DNA of 64,000 nt, from assembly GCA_964016885.1 (NCBI GenBank), contig OZ024742.1:54126001-54190000 (forward strand), read 5' to 3'. The stretch is from Eledone cirrhosa (Eukaryota). Shown here piece after piece: positions 51,906-64,000 of the stretch; positions within the stretch are counted from its first letter, which is position 1; the number at the start of each line of letters is the position of its first letter. Made by a program: the position numbers and the translations under genes. The notes beneath the pieces are model-generated. The model searched no databases. It was not told where the DNA came from and saw only the letters and a list, made by a program, of their open reading frames with translations.

Positions 51906-52144
51906 TTAGCGAGAATCGCATTTCGGCAGGTAGAAATTACCGAAACGCAACTTCCGTATTGTGTAGACAAGCGCTCCATGGATATGAAGATACCAGAGCT
52001 ATAAACATAAGTTGAAAAGGTCATACAAACTGAGACGATGGTTAAGAAGCGATTAACCACCAGAGCCAAAAAACGAACAGGCTAAACGTGTCAAACAAAA
52101 TGAAAATAGAGAAATTAATGTAAGCAAAAGCCAACAATAATTCA

Positions 52145-52185
<41 letters not shown>

Positions 52186-52399
52186 TGGAGGACCTAACAT
52201 ATGATATAACATATTTTTTATGCATTATCCCGGGACCACCGCCTTTGTAATATACAATAATCATTAAAAAATGTATATAATAAACAGAAGATAGTCATTA
52301 ATTTTTAATGCACTTGATAGGTTTCATGCCAAGTGATGCATGACTTGTATAAATTTCAGTGCTGCCATAACTGAGACACTTGTCCTCTCCAGGAAGCTT

Positions 52400-52950
52400 G
52401 CACCATGCAATCTATTTTACAAGTGGATGGAGTTCCACTGAAGCAAGTGGTGAAGTTCAAGTATCTCGGGGCCGTATTCAAGAGTACTGGAAAGAAGTAG
52501 ACGGTTGCTTCTGACAGAACTCGCTTGAAGGAGTGTAAGAGGACTCTGCCCTCACCACCCTTTCAGGAATAAGTGGGCGAAGAAGAAGAAGAAGAAGAAG
52601 AAGAAGAAGAAGAAGAAGAAGAAGAAGAAGAAGAAGAAGAAGAAGAAGAAGAAAATATTTTTTGTTATTACTCTTGGCACTACGCAGGCTTCATTTTAGA
52701 GCGGTTACTTCTTCGAATCGAAAGATTACAGCTACGATATTATGGACATATGGTTGGAATGTCTCAGGAAAGAACCGATGGATAGATTTTACGAGGAACA
52801 TCAATCGGCATAAGACCCAGAGGTACAGCCCCAGCAAGATGGTTGGATAACATTAATGACCTCGCTTGAGGATCGAAGCGGATTAATTGGAAACGGCTGC
52901 TTCTGACAGATGCCATTAGAAAAAGTGTCAGGTGACTCAGCCCCCACGTT
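52400..52950 (+). mobile_element. Two RTE-like 3' fragments, the first with a (GAA)n tail (52579-52653)
   Basis: QVVKFKYLG; LQLRYYGHMV; shared AACGG(T/C)TGCTTCTGACA. Confidence 0.6.
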
Positions 52951-54082
52951 TGCTCTGTTACTCTAATTAGCAGTTTAACATTTATTCGATGATGATGACA
53001 TGAAAGTAACAGTATGATAAGACAAGTGTTTCATGTAGGTTATAATGAAACATTTCCATTCGTTTGCTTTTACAACCACATTATTTGATATTTCAATTAC
53101 TATATATAGAAAAAGTCTTTTGGTGTTTGATCCATAAAATTAGTTATATTAGGATATCAATAGATTGTATTTTGCTCTTCTTTCATCATGTATCAATCTT
53201 CTGTGACCGTAGCTATTCTATTGTAAAGAAGTAATGGTGTTTCATGGACTATATTATTGACAGCATAGAGAATGTGTGATGAGGTTAATGGAAAGATTTA
53301 ACTTGATTTGTTGCGACCAGACTTAGGAATAATGTTTTATATCGATTATTAACATTCATATGTGATTAGTAAATATTAACTCACGACGTACAGGAAATTG
53401 CAAGATACAGTTAGTGATATGCTTCATTTAATCTTTAAGAATACTGCACATATCTAACTAATGAAAAATGTAATGATTACCATGCATTGTTTTTGTTGAT
53501 TTGCAATCATTAGCGTCGGTGACGGTGCATAATTAATTAATTAATTAATTAAACTTTATGTTAGCGAAATGTATTTGAATAGATTTAAATGTGTATGCCT
53601 AAGAAACTTGTTTATATGAAAATTGTTTCTCAATATGTTCCATTGGAAGATTGAAAACAGGGAGGAAGATAGAGTGATAATGAGAGATAGAGAAAGGAAG
53701 TCGTGAACAATCTATTGAATTTCCATCGATACACCTTGACTATCACATATTTGTAAAACAGACAAAGGCAAATTTACCTACAAACACACCCTCATACAAA
53801 ATATTGATAAGAATATACCTTTAAATATAAGTTTAAAAGCAGATCCAATAGATAGAAATTCCAGTCGAATTTTGTCGACGAGGAAGAGAATATCCATAAG
53901 TTTAAGATGCACAACAAGTCTCCGATATTGAAGTAGCTAAATGTTGTCAGCAGAAGTGTATACAGGGTTCATGACATACATACGGCTTGACTCCGTTAGA
54001 ATATAGGAAGGAAACACTTGCATGAGGTGGGTTTCTTCTCTGAAGATATTCTGCTGCCGAGCTCTCTCGAGAGTTACTTAAT

Positions 54083-54142
<60 letters not shown>

Positions 54143-54143
<1 letters not shown>

Positions 54144-54477
54144 CTTTGATAACTTTGACTTTGATAGGTTTCGGCCATTATTGGCCCAGGCCATGTCTAA
54201 CTTGTTAGCACCACCTGGCGAAGTCTTACAAATCAGTGTTTGGGCACCATGGCCCACTCGAGCAGAGAGTTATTGTTTACGGAGGCATATCCGGGTGTAG
54301 GAGGCTTATCCGGGATTTCTTGAAGGAATTTATCCAAAGACTTCTTGAACTTGATGGTGTCTGTCTCTACTTTGATGTGTTTTGGTGTAATGTTAAAGAG
54401 TGCAGGGCCAATTGAGGTGAAATAATTGTGCCGTATTGTTGTTATGTGATGCGAGTGGGATTTTTGTCCTGGGCGGA
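54143..54477 (-). mobile_element. CR1/Jockey-group LINE 3' end
   Basis: FTSIGPALFN..KFKKSLDKFLQEIPDKP..NSLLEW; short tandem-repeat tail. Confidence 0.65.
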
Positions 54478-55179
54478 TATATATATATATTACTCTTTTA
54501 CCTGTTCCAGTCATCCGGCCGAGGCCATGCTGGAGCACCGTCCTTGAAAAAATTATCGCCTGCGTGGCTTCTATAATGTAATAGTTACAACCTCATCAGG
54601 CAGTTTTGTGTAATCTTTTGTCCGATGTGTAATATGTCCCGGGTGGGATTTGATGTTATTTCTCCAACACCCATATTAAATATGGATTTAGTATAAAAGA
54701 CTCTAGTGTGTTCAGACAATCTCATAGGGAATTTTTCACTCATCACCATGATCATTCCACTTTTGGTTAAAGGTTACTTTTAACCTAACAATTAGATATT
54801 TTAGAGATGTGTGTTAAAGCATAATGTCGGCAGTTCGAAGAACCTTCAGTAAATTAGGTGTCTGTAGTTGTAAAGATTCGTCTTCCCAGTATGGGGTTGC
54901 TTTTCTTCACATTTAATTGATTTGATGGTACTAATACAAGTATCTATATAATAGACACCACGTAAATATATATAACAGTAACAATGTAATGAATAAAATA
55001 ATGTAAGATCCAAGACTTCTACATTATTACATTAGTATTCTGTAGTCTGAGGCTTAGCGTATTTACATCACCATAAGGAAAGTAAAGGGCGCCGAGGGTT
55101 CAATCCTCCCTACAATTGATTAGTTATCAACGAATACAACTTGGAATCAAACAACCGAATAACTAACACCAAAGAACTA

Positions 55180-55260
<81 letters not shown>

Positions 55261-55267
<7 letters not shown>

Positions 55268-55396
55268 TCTGAAGACGGCGGGTAGTGAAGAGGTATGTAT
55301 ATTTTCTTACTATGATATTTTGTAATATATTTTACATAGATCAATAATAGAATGGACATACGGGGAACTACCCCCAGAAACGATCGTAAAATAATA
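55261..55396 (+). ncRNA. Type I HHR with ~100-nt stem II (family K)
   Basis: TATTATTT-CTGAAGA-CGGCGGGTAGT..ACTACCCCCA-GAAA-CGATCG-TA-AAATAATA; palindromic stem III ACGATCGT. Confidence 0.7.
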
Positions 55397-55434
55397 ATTA
55401 TTACTGGAATTCTATAAGAATCCAACATTCATAA

Positions 55435-55526
55435 TTTTCAACAAACAAAGGGAGTGCTAAGCTCTGAGGAATACCAACAGTATGAAACAGAGATCTGTCA
55501 GCTTATCTCCCTTTGTTTGTTGAAAA
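55435..55526 (+). ncRNA. Canonical full type I HHR (family F, C3:G8 form) within the unit 55397-55663
   Basis: TTTTCAACAAACAAAGGGAG..TAAGCT-CTGAGGA-ATAC caaca GTAT-GAAA-CAGA ga TCTG-TC-AGCTTA..CTCCCTTTGTTTGTTGAAAA; GUC at 55497-55499. Confidence 0.92.
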
Positions 55527-55661
55527 AAGAAGTAAGTGACATAGCCACTACTTTACAACAATAGCGTAAGGTCTTCCAAATGCTTTAATTAAGCATACAA
55601 TGTATTGCATAAAACACTATATATACATTCTTATATATATCGCTATTTCAGAGCACCAATT

Positions 55662-55744
<83 letters not shown>

Positions 55745-56316
55745 ATAGGAGAAGAAATTAATCGTTCACCTGCTCAGATAAACAAACATACCCCACAACA
55801 TGACCACAGTCTATTGATTCCCACCAGTAAAGAAATGTATCTGGATATCAAAACATGTAAATCATGATTGCGTTTTACGTTCCAATAAATCATTACAACG
55901 ACATTAAATTATTGTTTGACTCACACCCAGGCGAAACAGAATATCATCTCCAAAGAAGAGTAGAAAGATATAAAATGTAAAAACAGTCTCTCACACCGTT
56001 TCAGAGTTGTAAAGCACTGATTCCGGAAGCTTTTAAGCTTTTCCTATGAGAGATAAACACGCCAGTTAAAAAAATGTTTTACAATTGAGGACGATTGATC
56101 AGGAATCTTTGGACTATTAGATATGTGGATCATGTTCGTTCTATTCACAAGTGATTTATCATGAATGGCGTCTGCGTTTAATGTTTATAAATATGGCTTA
56201 CACATTTTGAAATATCATCATAAAAATATGACAGCATATATATATATATAATTACACATAACACATATATATGTTATGTATGTGTAAATATAAGTAAATA
56301 TATGTGTAAATATAAA

Positions 56317-56383
<67 letters not shown>

Positions 56384-56500
56384 GTATACATATATGTATG
56401 TACGTATATATATACATACTTCCATTTAAGTATGAGCCGTACTAAGAGTGAGAAATGAAATTTCGTTTCATTCTTTTCATTCTTTTTATATATAGCTATA

Positions 56501-56573
<73 letters not shown>

Positions 56574-56785
56574 TTTTATAGCTATATATAAAAAGAATGA
56601 AAAGAATGAAACGAAATTTCATTTCTCACTCTTAGTACGGCTCATACTTAAATGGAAGTATGTATATATATACGTACATACATATATGTATACAGACGTA
56701 CAGTAGTATGTATATATATACATACATGCACACATATATATGTACGTATGGCTTTACCGAACATTTATTATACTGTTCGGTTTGT
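56384..56785. repeat. Tail-to-tail palindrome of family D fragments around (TA)n
   Basis: Arms 56384-56502 and 56575-56693. Confidence 0.85.
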
Positions 56786-56848
56786 ATATATATACATATA
56801 TATACATATATATATATACATATATATATATATATGCATATATGTATA

Positions 56849-56916
<68 letters not shown>

Positions 56917-57541
56917 GAGAGAGAGAGAGAGGGAGAGCGAGAGAGAGAGAGATATAGTTATATTGATGTGTTTATGTATGTGTATAGATATTTGATTCTA
57001 CATTGGTATGTGTGTGTTTGTGTGTGAGCTGTGAAGCGGTTAATATGCATAACATGTTTTGGACTTCCGTCAGTCATGATAATATGTGTTCTAGACGTTT
57101 AAATTAGGGGCAGCCTCCTCATGAAATTAACAAGCAAGTGGCTGATGTGGGTGCCTTAGAGTAATTCTGAAGAATATAAGACGGGTGATTGCTAGGTATG
57201 TGCAATAAAACTTACAGTCGGTCCCGGAATCGAACTCTCGACATCATGATTTGAGCCGAGCAATCCAGCCATTATGTTATGCATCTTTTCATATGTAACC
57301 CGATTACTATATCTTGGAACACTCTCAGATTGATATCACACACACACTAATACATTAGGAATGAAATAGACCACTATTTGATTTTTATTGTACTGTAGGA
57401 AAGTAAATCGATATAGGCAATTCATCTGGAAAGTAACAGCATTAGATTGTTAATGTCTATAGTCTATACATCATCGCCTTTCTTTGAATATTGGAGTACA
57501 TAAAAGAAATGTTGACTCGAAAGAGACAACGAATCTCTCCC

Positions 57542-57597
<56 letters not shown>

Positions 57598-57621
57598 ATC
57601 AATCTATCCATGAATCCATGA

Positions 57622-57690
<69 letters not shown>

Positions 57691-58022
57691 CAGATATAAC
57701 CAGGATTTCCTTTTTAAACTAACGTACCTTTATCTTTAAATATAAATATTGTAAAATGTGTTCACTTGCTGATAGAATATGTTACTTCCTAGCATTGAGC
57801 AATATATCTTTGGAATAATAAAACATTTCTCGTCTATGAAATAGTAATCGACTCCTTTTAAAGTATCTATGGTACACTAGACTGTTTGCTAAATAAAATG
57901 AAATTTCAGTCGTTTTACTTGAAGATTCTGAAAATCTGTTTATCTGAATATCATGAATAAAACACCTGCTTACTTTATTTGGGATATATATCTCTTCTAA
58001 ATATATCTGCATATTCTCTTCA

Positions 58023-58163
<141 letters not shown>

Positions 58164-58439
58164 TACAACCACACACAACCACACGCACACAACCACACGC
58201 ACACACACACCCGCGCACACACATTCACACACACAACCACATAAACACACACACATATATATATACCATAATTATCATTTGACTATTTATCACGACTAAC
58301 TTTGATGTTGCACAGTGCCAGTTAATTTAGGGAATAGCGTGCTACAACTAGTAATCTAGAATAACTCCAGCTTTTCACATCATTCCTTGTAATTTCATTA
58401 CTGCTGGCAGGACACAATCTTTCTCAATATTCGGACTAT

Positions 58440-61204
58440 CTCCAGTAGGCATGTCTTCTTTACTGCTTCAATCCCTGGTGCAAAGGCTATTTTCTATTTT
58501 TACAGGTAATTTTCAAGCTTTTTGCTACCATTCCAAGAGCACCAATCACCACTGGACAGTGGTGACTGTCTTCACTTCATTACTCCAGCATTTCAAGATC
58601 TCATATTTTAAGTCGGTATAAGCCCTTATTTTCTCCTCTTTTCTTTCGATTCTGGGGTCAAAAAGAGAGTAAAATTACTTTCCTTTTCAACTACAAAATT
58701 ATTTGGTGTTTTTGCGTTCAAATTTCTCTAGCACTTTCATCTAATTTGTGCAACCATGCTCATAAGTATTTTTCTCCATATGGAAGTCCATACTTTATGC
58801 ACAAGCTCCTGTGCCCAATTTGAAGCCACCTTATCATGTCTACCTATTTTATACTTATTCTGGGCTAACAGCTTACAATCTGAAATGATATGGGCAACTG
58901 TCACTGCTTTCTACCCATAAATTTTGCATTCAGTTTGAACATCTTTCTGATCTAGGTTTTTCATTACCCACTTTGTTCTTATCGTTTGATCTTGCGCTAC
59001 TAATGAGTCGTTCCGTTTCTTTCTTAATGTCGTCTTTCCGGAATTCTAAACAAGTAATTTTGTTATCACACATTTAAAAATAATGCTGAATGCAGGGGCT
59101 TTTCATCAAATGTTTATTTTCGCTCCTCAGCAATCTCAGTCTGTGTTTTCTGGGTCTTCATCTTTCTCAAATATGCCTTCCCTGAAAACCTTCAATGTAA
59201 GCCTTTCTTTCATATTTTTTATGTAGACTCCCATTTCACTTTCGGCTATGAGATAGTACCTAGTGCGCCTATGGCAATCGGGACGACTCTGATTTCATGG
59301 CAGTTCCAAATCCTTTATACCTCCCACTTTAAGTCCTGGTATCGGTTAATTTACTCCCTCTCCTTTAATTGCACTCTCGTGCCGATTGGCAGGCTACATC
59401 TACAATCAGGCACGATCTTTCTCCTTGTCCAAAACCACCAGATCAGGCCTATTGTGTTCCAGTTTCTTATCCGTCTGTATCCTAAAATCCCATAGCACTT
59501 TCACCTGATCGTTTTCTATCACCGACTCTGGCTTATGCTCATACCACTTCTCAGAATGTGGTAAATTGTTTACTTTGCATAGGTGCCAGTTGATCACCCT
59601 GCCCATCACATCATGTCTCCGGCCTTTATAGTGAGTCTGGGCTAGGTGTTTACACTCGGATACAATGTGAGCCACAGTCTCCTCTCTCTCTCCACAGATC
59701 ATACACAGTGGGCTAGCCTCCTCCTTGTAAATATGGTGTTTCACCCACTTCGTTTTGAGTGCCTGCTCTTTAGCATTCCTTCTGAAGCCTTTTTAAGGTC
59801 TCATCTTTTTAACCAGTTCCATGTCTGTGGATCTCTAAATTCAGTTTTCTCAAAGAAGGTACTATGAAAGAATTTTTCATGACGAATGCTCTTCCTCCTT
59901 GTTATTATTAATATTATTATTATAGTTGCATTATCTTGCTTTATGTTCATACGAGTTATCACCAAGTCACAACCAGTGACCTCAAGAGACAACAAGGTCC
60001 GCCATGTTCAAGAAAGAACATAAATACACACACATGCATCTTTAGGTGTTTAGACTTGTGATGTACTTATATTGACAGAATGTTCCTTAGTATATGGGCA
60101 GTTCCCATTCGTACTATCTTTTGTATTTCTCCTATACGCGGCTTTCCTGAGATTTGCGATAAGTAATCATTAGACCCCTTAGGTATCATTCCTAGAGCGC
60201 CTACAACCACTGGTATTGTTTTAGTTTTCAGTTTCCACATTTTTCCAATTTCTATCTCCAGGTCCTTATACTTGCTCAATTTTTCAAATGTTTTTAAAGA
60301 TACATTCTTGTCTATTGGAACGGACATATCGATTAGCAGGCATACCCACTTTTTAAAGTCCTTCAGTATTATATCAGGTCTATTTGCATCTATTTTTCGG
60401 TCTGTTTGGATGCTAAAGTTCCACAAGATTGAGATGTGATCTTTTTCAAGTATGGGAGGTGGTTGATGCTCCCACCAATTCTTTTGATGAGGCAGGTCAA
60501 AATGCTTACACATTATCCAATGTATGTATTGTGCAGCTCTGTCATGCCTGTTTAAGTATTCGGTTGGAGCTATAGGACTGCACATTGAGATTATATTATT
60601 ATTATTATCATTATTGTTGTTCTTTGAGTCTCAGTCATTGATATTATTTAACTGGAAAGTTTGTTGAAATGAATATCAAGCCGATACCTGCAGCCTCAGA
60701 TATTCAAGACGTATCGGAGGGTTCTTGCTGTTCCCAGCATGCATGCCTTTTGAAGTGCTCCAAAAAGCGGAGCTGGACTAATCTTCTTTAACCATCCTTG
60801 TAAACTCTTTGAGGTAGTACCTAGTGCGCCTATGACAATCGGGACGACCTTGACTTCATGGCAGTTCCAAATCCTTTTTACCTCCCACTTTAAGTCCTGG
60901 TATCGGTTAATTTACTCCCTCACCTTTTCTTGCACTCTCGTGTCAAATGGGCAGGCTACATCTACAATCAGGCACGATCTTTTTTCTTTGTCCAAAACCA
61001 CCAGGTGAGGTCTATTGTGTTCCAGTTTCTTGTCCGTCTGTATCCTAAAATCCCATAGCACCTTCACCTGATCGTTTTCTATCACCGACTCTAGCTTATG
61101 CCCATACCACTTCTCAGAATATGGTAAATTGTTTACGTTGCATAGGTGGCAGTGGATCACCCTGCCCATCACATCATGTCGCCAGCCTTTATAGTGAGTC
61201 TGGG

Positions 61205-61240
<36 letters not shown>

Positions 61241-61610
61241 GTTATTGTTATTCCTTGAATCTCAGTCATTGATGTTGGTTAACTGGAAAGTCCGTTGGAT
61301 TGAATATCAAGCCACTACCTGCAGCCTCAGATATTCAGGACGTATCGGAGGGTTCTTGCCGTTCCAAGCAAGCATGCCTTTTGAAGCGTTCCAAAAAGCG
61401 TGAAGGGGCCAATTTTCTTTAACCATCCCTGGAAACCTTTGGAGATAGTCCCCAGTGCGCCTATGACAATCGGGATCACTTTGACTTCATGGCAGTTCCA
61501 AATCCTTTTCACCTCCCACTTTAGGTCCTGGTATCGGTTAATTTTCTCCCTCTCCTTCTCTTGCACTCTCGTGTCGAACGGGCAGGCCACATCCACAATC
61601 AGGCACGATC

Positions 61611-61679
<69 letters not shown>
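58440..61679 (-). mobile_element. Stack of 5'-truncated R4/Dong-like 3' fragments separated by (TAA)n (~59250-59900, 59923-60592, 60621-61203, 61253-61612; older remnant 58440-59250)
   Basis: Repeated RLE ORFs (HNRPDLVV..IVDVACPFD; NRPDIILKD..LIDMSVP) homologous to families 1 and 2. Confidence 0.88.
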
Positions 61680-61680
<1 letters not shown>

Positions 61681-64000
61681 AGTTGCATTATCTTGCTTTA
61701 TACGAGTTATCACCAAGTCACAACCAGTGACCTCAAGAGACAACAATGTCCGCCATGTTCAAGAAAGAACATACATACTCACACATGCATCTTTAGTGTT
61801 TAGACTTGTGATGTACATATATTGACAGAATGTTCCTTAGTATATGGGCAGTTCCCATTAGTACTATCTTTTGTATTTCTCCTATACGCGGGTTTCCTGG
61901 GATTTGCGATAAGTAATCATTAGACCCCTTAGGTATCATTCCCAGAGCGCCCACAACCACTGGTATTGTTTTAGTTCTCAATTTCCACATTTTTCCAATT
62001 TCTATCTCCAGGTCCTTATACTTGCTCAATTTTTCAAATGTTTTTATAGATATATTCTTGTCTATTGGAACAGACATATCAATTAGCAGGCATACCTTCT
62101 TTTTAAAGTCCTTCAATATTATATCAGGTTTATTTGCATCTATTTTTCGGTCTGTTTGGATGCTAAAGTTCCACAAGATTGAGATGTGATCTTTTTCAAG
62201 TATGGGAGGTGGTTGATGCTACCACCAATTCTTTTCGTGGGGCAGGTCAAAATGCTTACACATTATCCAATGTATGTATTGTGCAGCTCTGTCATGCCTG
62301 TTTAGGTATTCGGTTGGAGCTATAGGACTGCACATTGAAATTATATGGTCAATGGTCTCTGGTTGTTTTTTGCACACACGGCATAATGGGCTGCATCCAT
62401 TTTTTATTATGTTGGCTTGGTAATTTTTTGTTGGCAGACACTGATCTTGTGCTGATATAATCAGTCCTTCAGTCTCCGATTTCAGTCCAGAGGATGCCAA
62501 CCACTGATGGGTTAAAGTTTTGTCAACATCAGGATTGTTAGCTCGTTCTGGGTATTTTCCATACAGAGGCTTTTCTTGCCATTTCTTAGCCAGTTTCTGT
62601 AGCAGTTCTTTCTTTGCAGTTACTTTTACCTGCTTTGCTTTTTCTATGTTTTCCATTTCAGCAGTAAATGGGACATCTGAAATTTGTAGTCCATTACTGT
62701 ATCTTTGTGTATCTTTTGTAATGGAATATGATCTTTTGATGCTTTCGTGTTTCAAAACGAGTTTGATCATCCAATCATGTGATTCCTTTAGATATGTAGA
62801 TAATCCAATTGTTGCAGTTTTCAACGCAATGTATAACTGGACTAACCCACGTCCTCCTTCTTTCCTAGGGAGATATATTCTATCTATATCTGCCTTAGGG
62901 TGATGCATTCTGTGCATGGTTAAGAATTTTCCAATTTTTGTATCGAGCCTACGGATCTCTGTGCTTCACCAGTTGATGACATTGTAACTGTAGGTTACTA
63001 CTAGTATGGCAAGCGTGTTTATGGCATCGATCCTATTCCTTGCATTCAATTCCGTTCTTAAGATTGCTCTTACTCTGCGGTAACATTCCTTCCTTATCCT
63101 TTCCCTCATTGTCGAGTGCTTGATTCCGTCTCCTTCACAAACACCTAGATATTTGTAAGTTTTTTCTTGATCAAGTTCTCTTATCACGTCCCCCCGATCA
63201 AGATTAATGTCTGAACTCTTCAGCAGCTTTCCTCTGGTGAACGTTGCTTTGGCGCATTTATCTAGTCCAAACTCCATTTTAATGTCATCACTGAACTGCT
63301 CCACAGTGGATAATAGCCCTTGCAATTGTTCATCATTTTTTGCAAATAGTTTCAGGTCATCCATGTAGAACAAGTGATTAATGGTTTTGTCATAGACTCT
63401 ATATCCATGTTTTGTTTCATTGAGCATTTTACTTAATGGTATAAGTGTGATGCAGAATAAAAGCGGTGATAAAGAGTCACCCTGAAAAATTCCACAATTA
63501 ATATTAACTTCTCCAGCTTCCAGTGATTTTGTTTCACTATTCAAATGGAGTGTCGTTTTCCATGTCTTCATACATAATGACAAAAACCTCCTGACAACGG
63601 GGGATATTTTGAAAATCTCTAAACATTTTTCAATCCAACTGTGTGGTAAACTATCGAATGCTTTTTTATAATGTATCCAAGCAATCGATAGATTGTTGTG
63701 TCTATTATGACAATCTTCCAGTATCATTTTGTTAACCAAAAGCTGATCCTTACAGCCATATGAGCCTCGTTTAAACCCTTTCTGCTCAATGGAAAATAGG
63801 TCATTTGTTATCAGGTGGTCATATGTGTATTCAGTTAGGACTGATGTTAACATTTTATACATTGTGGTCAAGTAAGTTATCGGTCTGTAATTTTTGGGAG
63901 TGTTTGTCTCATCATTCTTCGGAAGCAGGAATGTAATGCGGTTAACTAGCCATGATGGTATCTTTTCTGGCTCCTTAACTATTTCATTGTAAAGTTGGGG
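61680..64000 (-). mobile_element. R4/Dong-like LINE family 2, better preserved, running off the window
   Basis: GIFQGDSLSPLLF, HLFYMDDLKL, CRVC..HIISMC, RHD, PDIILKD in ORFs 62966-63871, 62219-62917 and 61793-62176. Confidence 0.92.

Noticed and set aside
52305-52365. Minus-strand GAAACCTATC with flanking GCAC/GTGC
   Set aside because: No CUGANGA-like core; at most a very decayed HHR
57782-57950. Possible host exon on the minus strand
   Set aside because: Only weak splice signals and no recognisable protein similarity

Overview
AT-rich, repeat-saturated metazoan DNA with no recognisable host exon. The SINE families and microsatellite load suggest an octopod cephalopod (inference). Contents: (i) nests of decayed R4/Dong-like restriction-like-endonuclease (RLE) LINEs stacked in (TAA)n at 6-13 kb (+) and 58-64 kb (-), plus a separate RLE LINE at 33.7-37.8 kb; (ii) a near full-length Penelope-like element (PLE; RT + GIY-YIG, 24.9-27.7 kb) and many PLE fragments; (iii) RTE, CR1/Jockey-like, hAT, Academ-like and Helitron-like remnants and tRNA-SINEs; (iv) an inverted duplication with 3.2-kb arms and several smaller palindromes. 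The main hidden signal is that many islands between (TA)n tracts carry a type I hammerhead ribozyme (HHR). I read about 20 copies from about 11 sequence families. They include two non-coding tandem retrozyme-like units (321 bp and about 430 bp) with compensatory base changes, a U3:A8 core variant, an HHR with a predicted 8-bp pseudoknot, and a fused double-HHR cassette. All folds and divergence estimates were read by eye, not computed.
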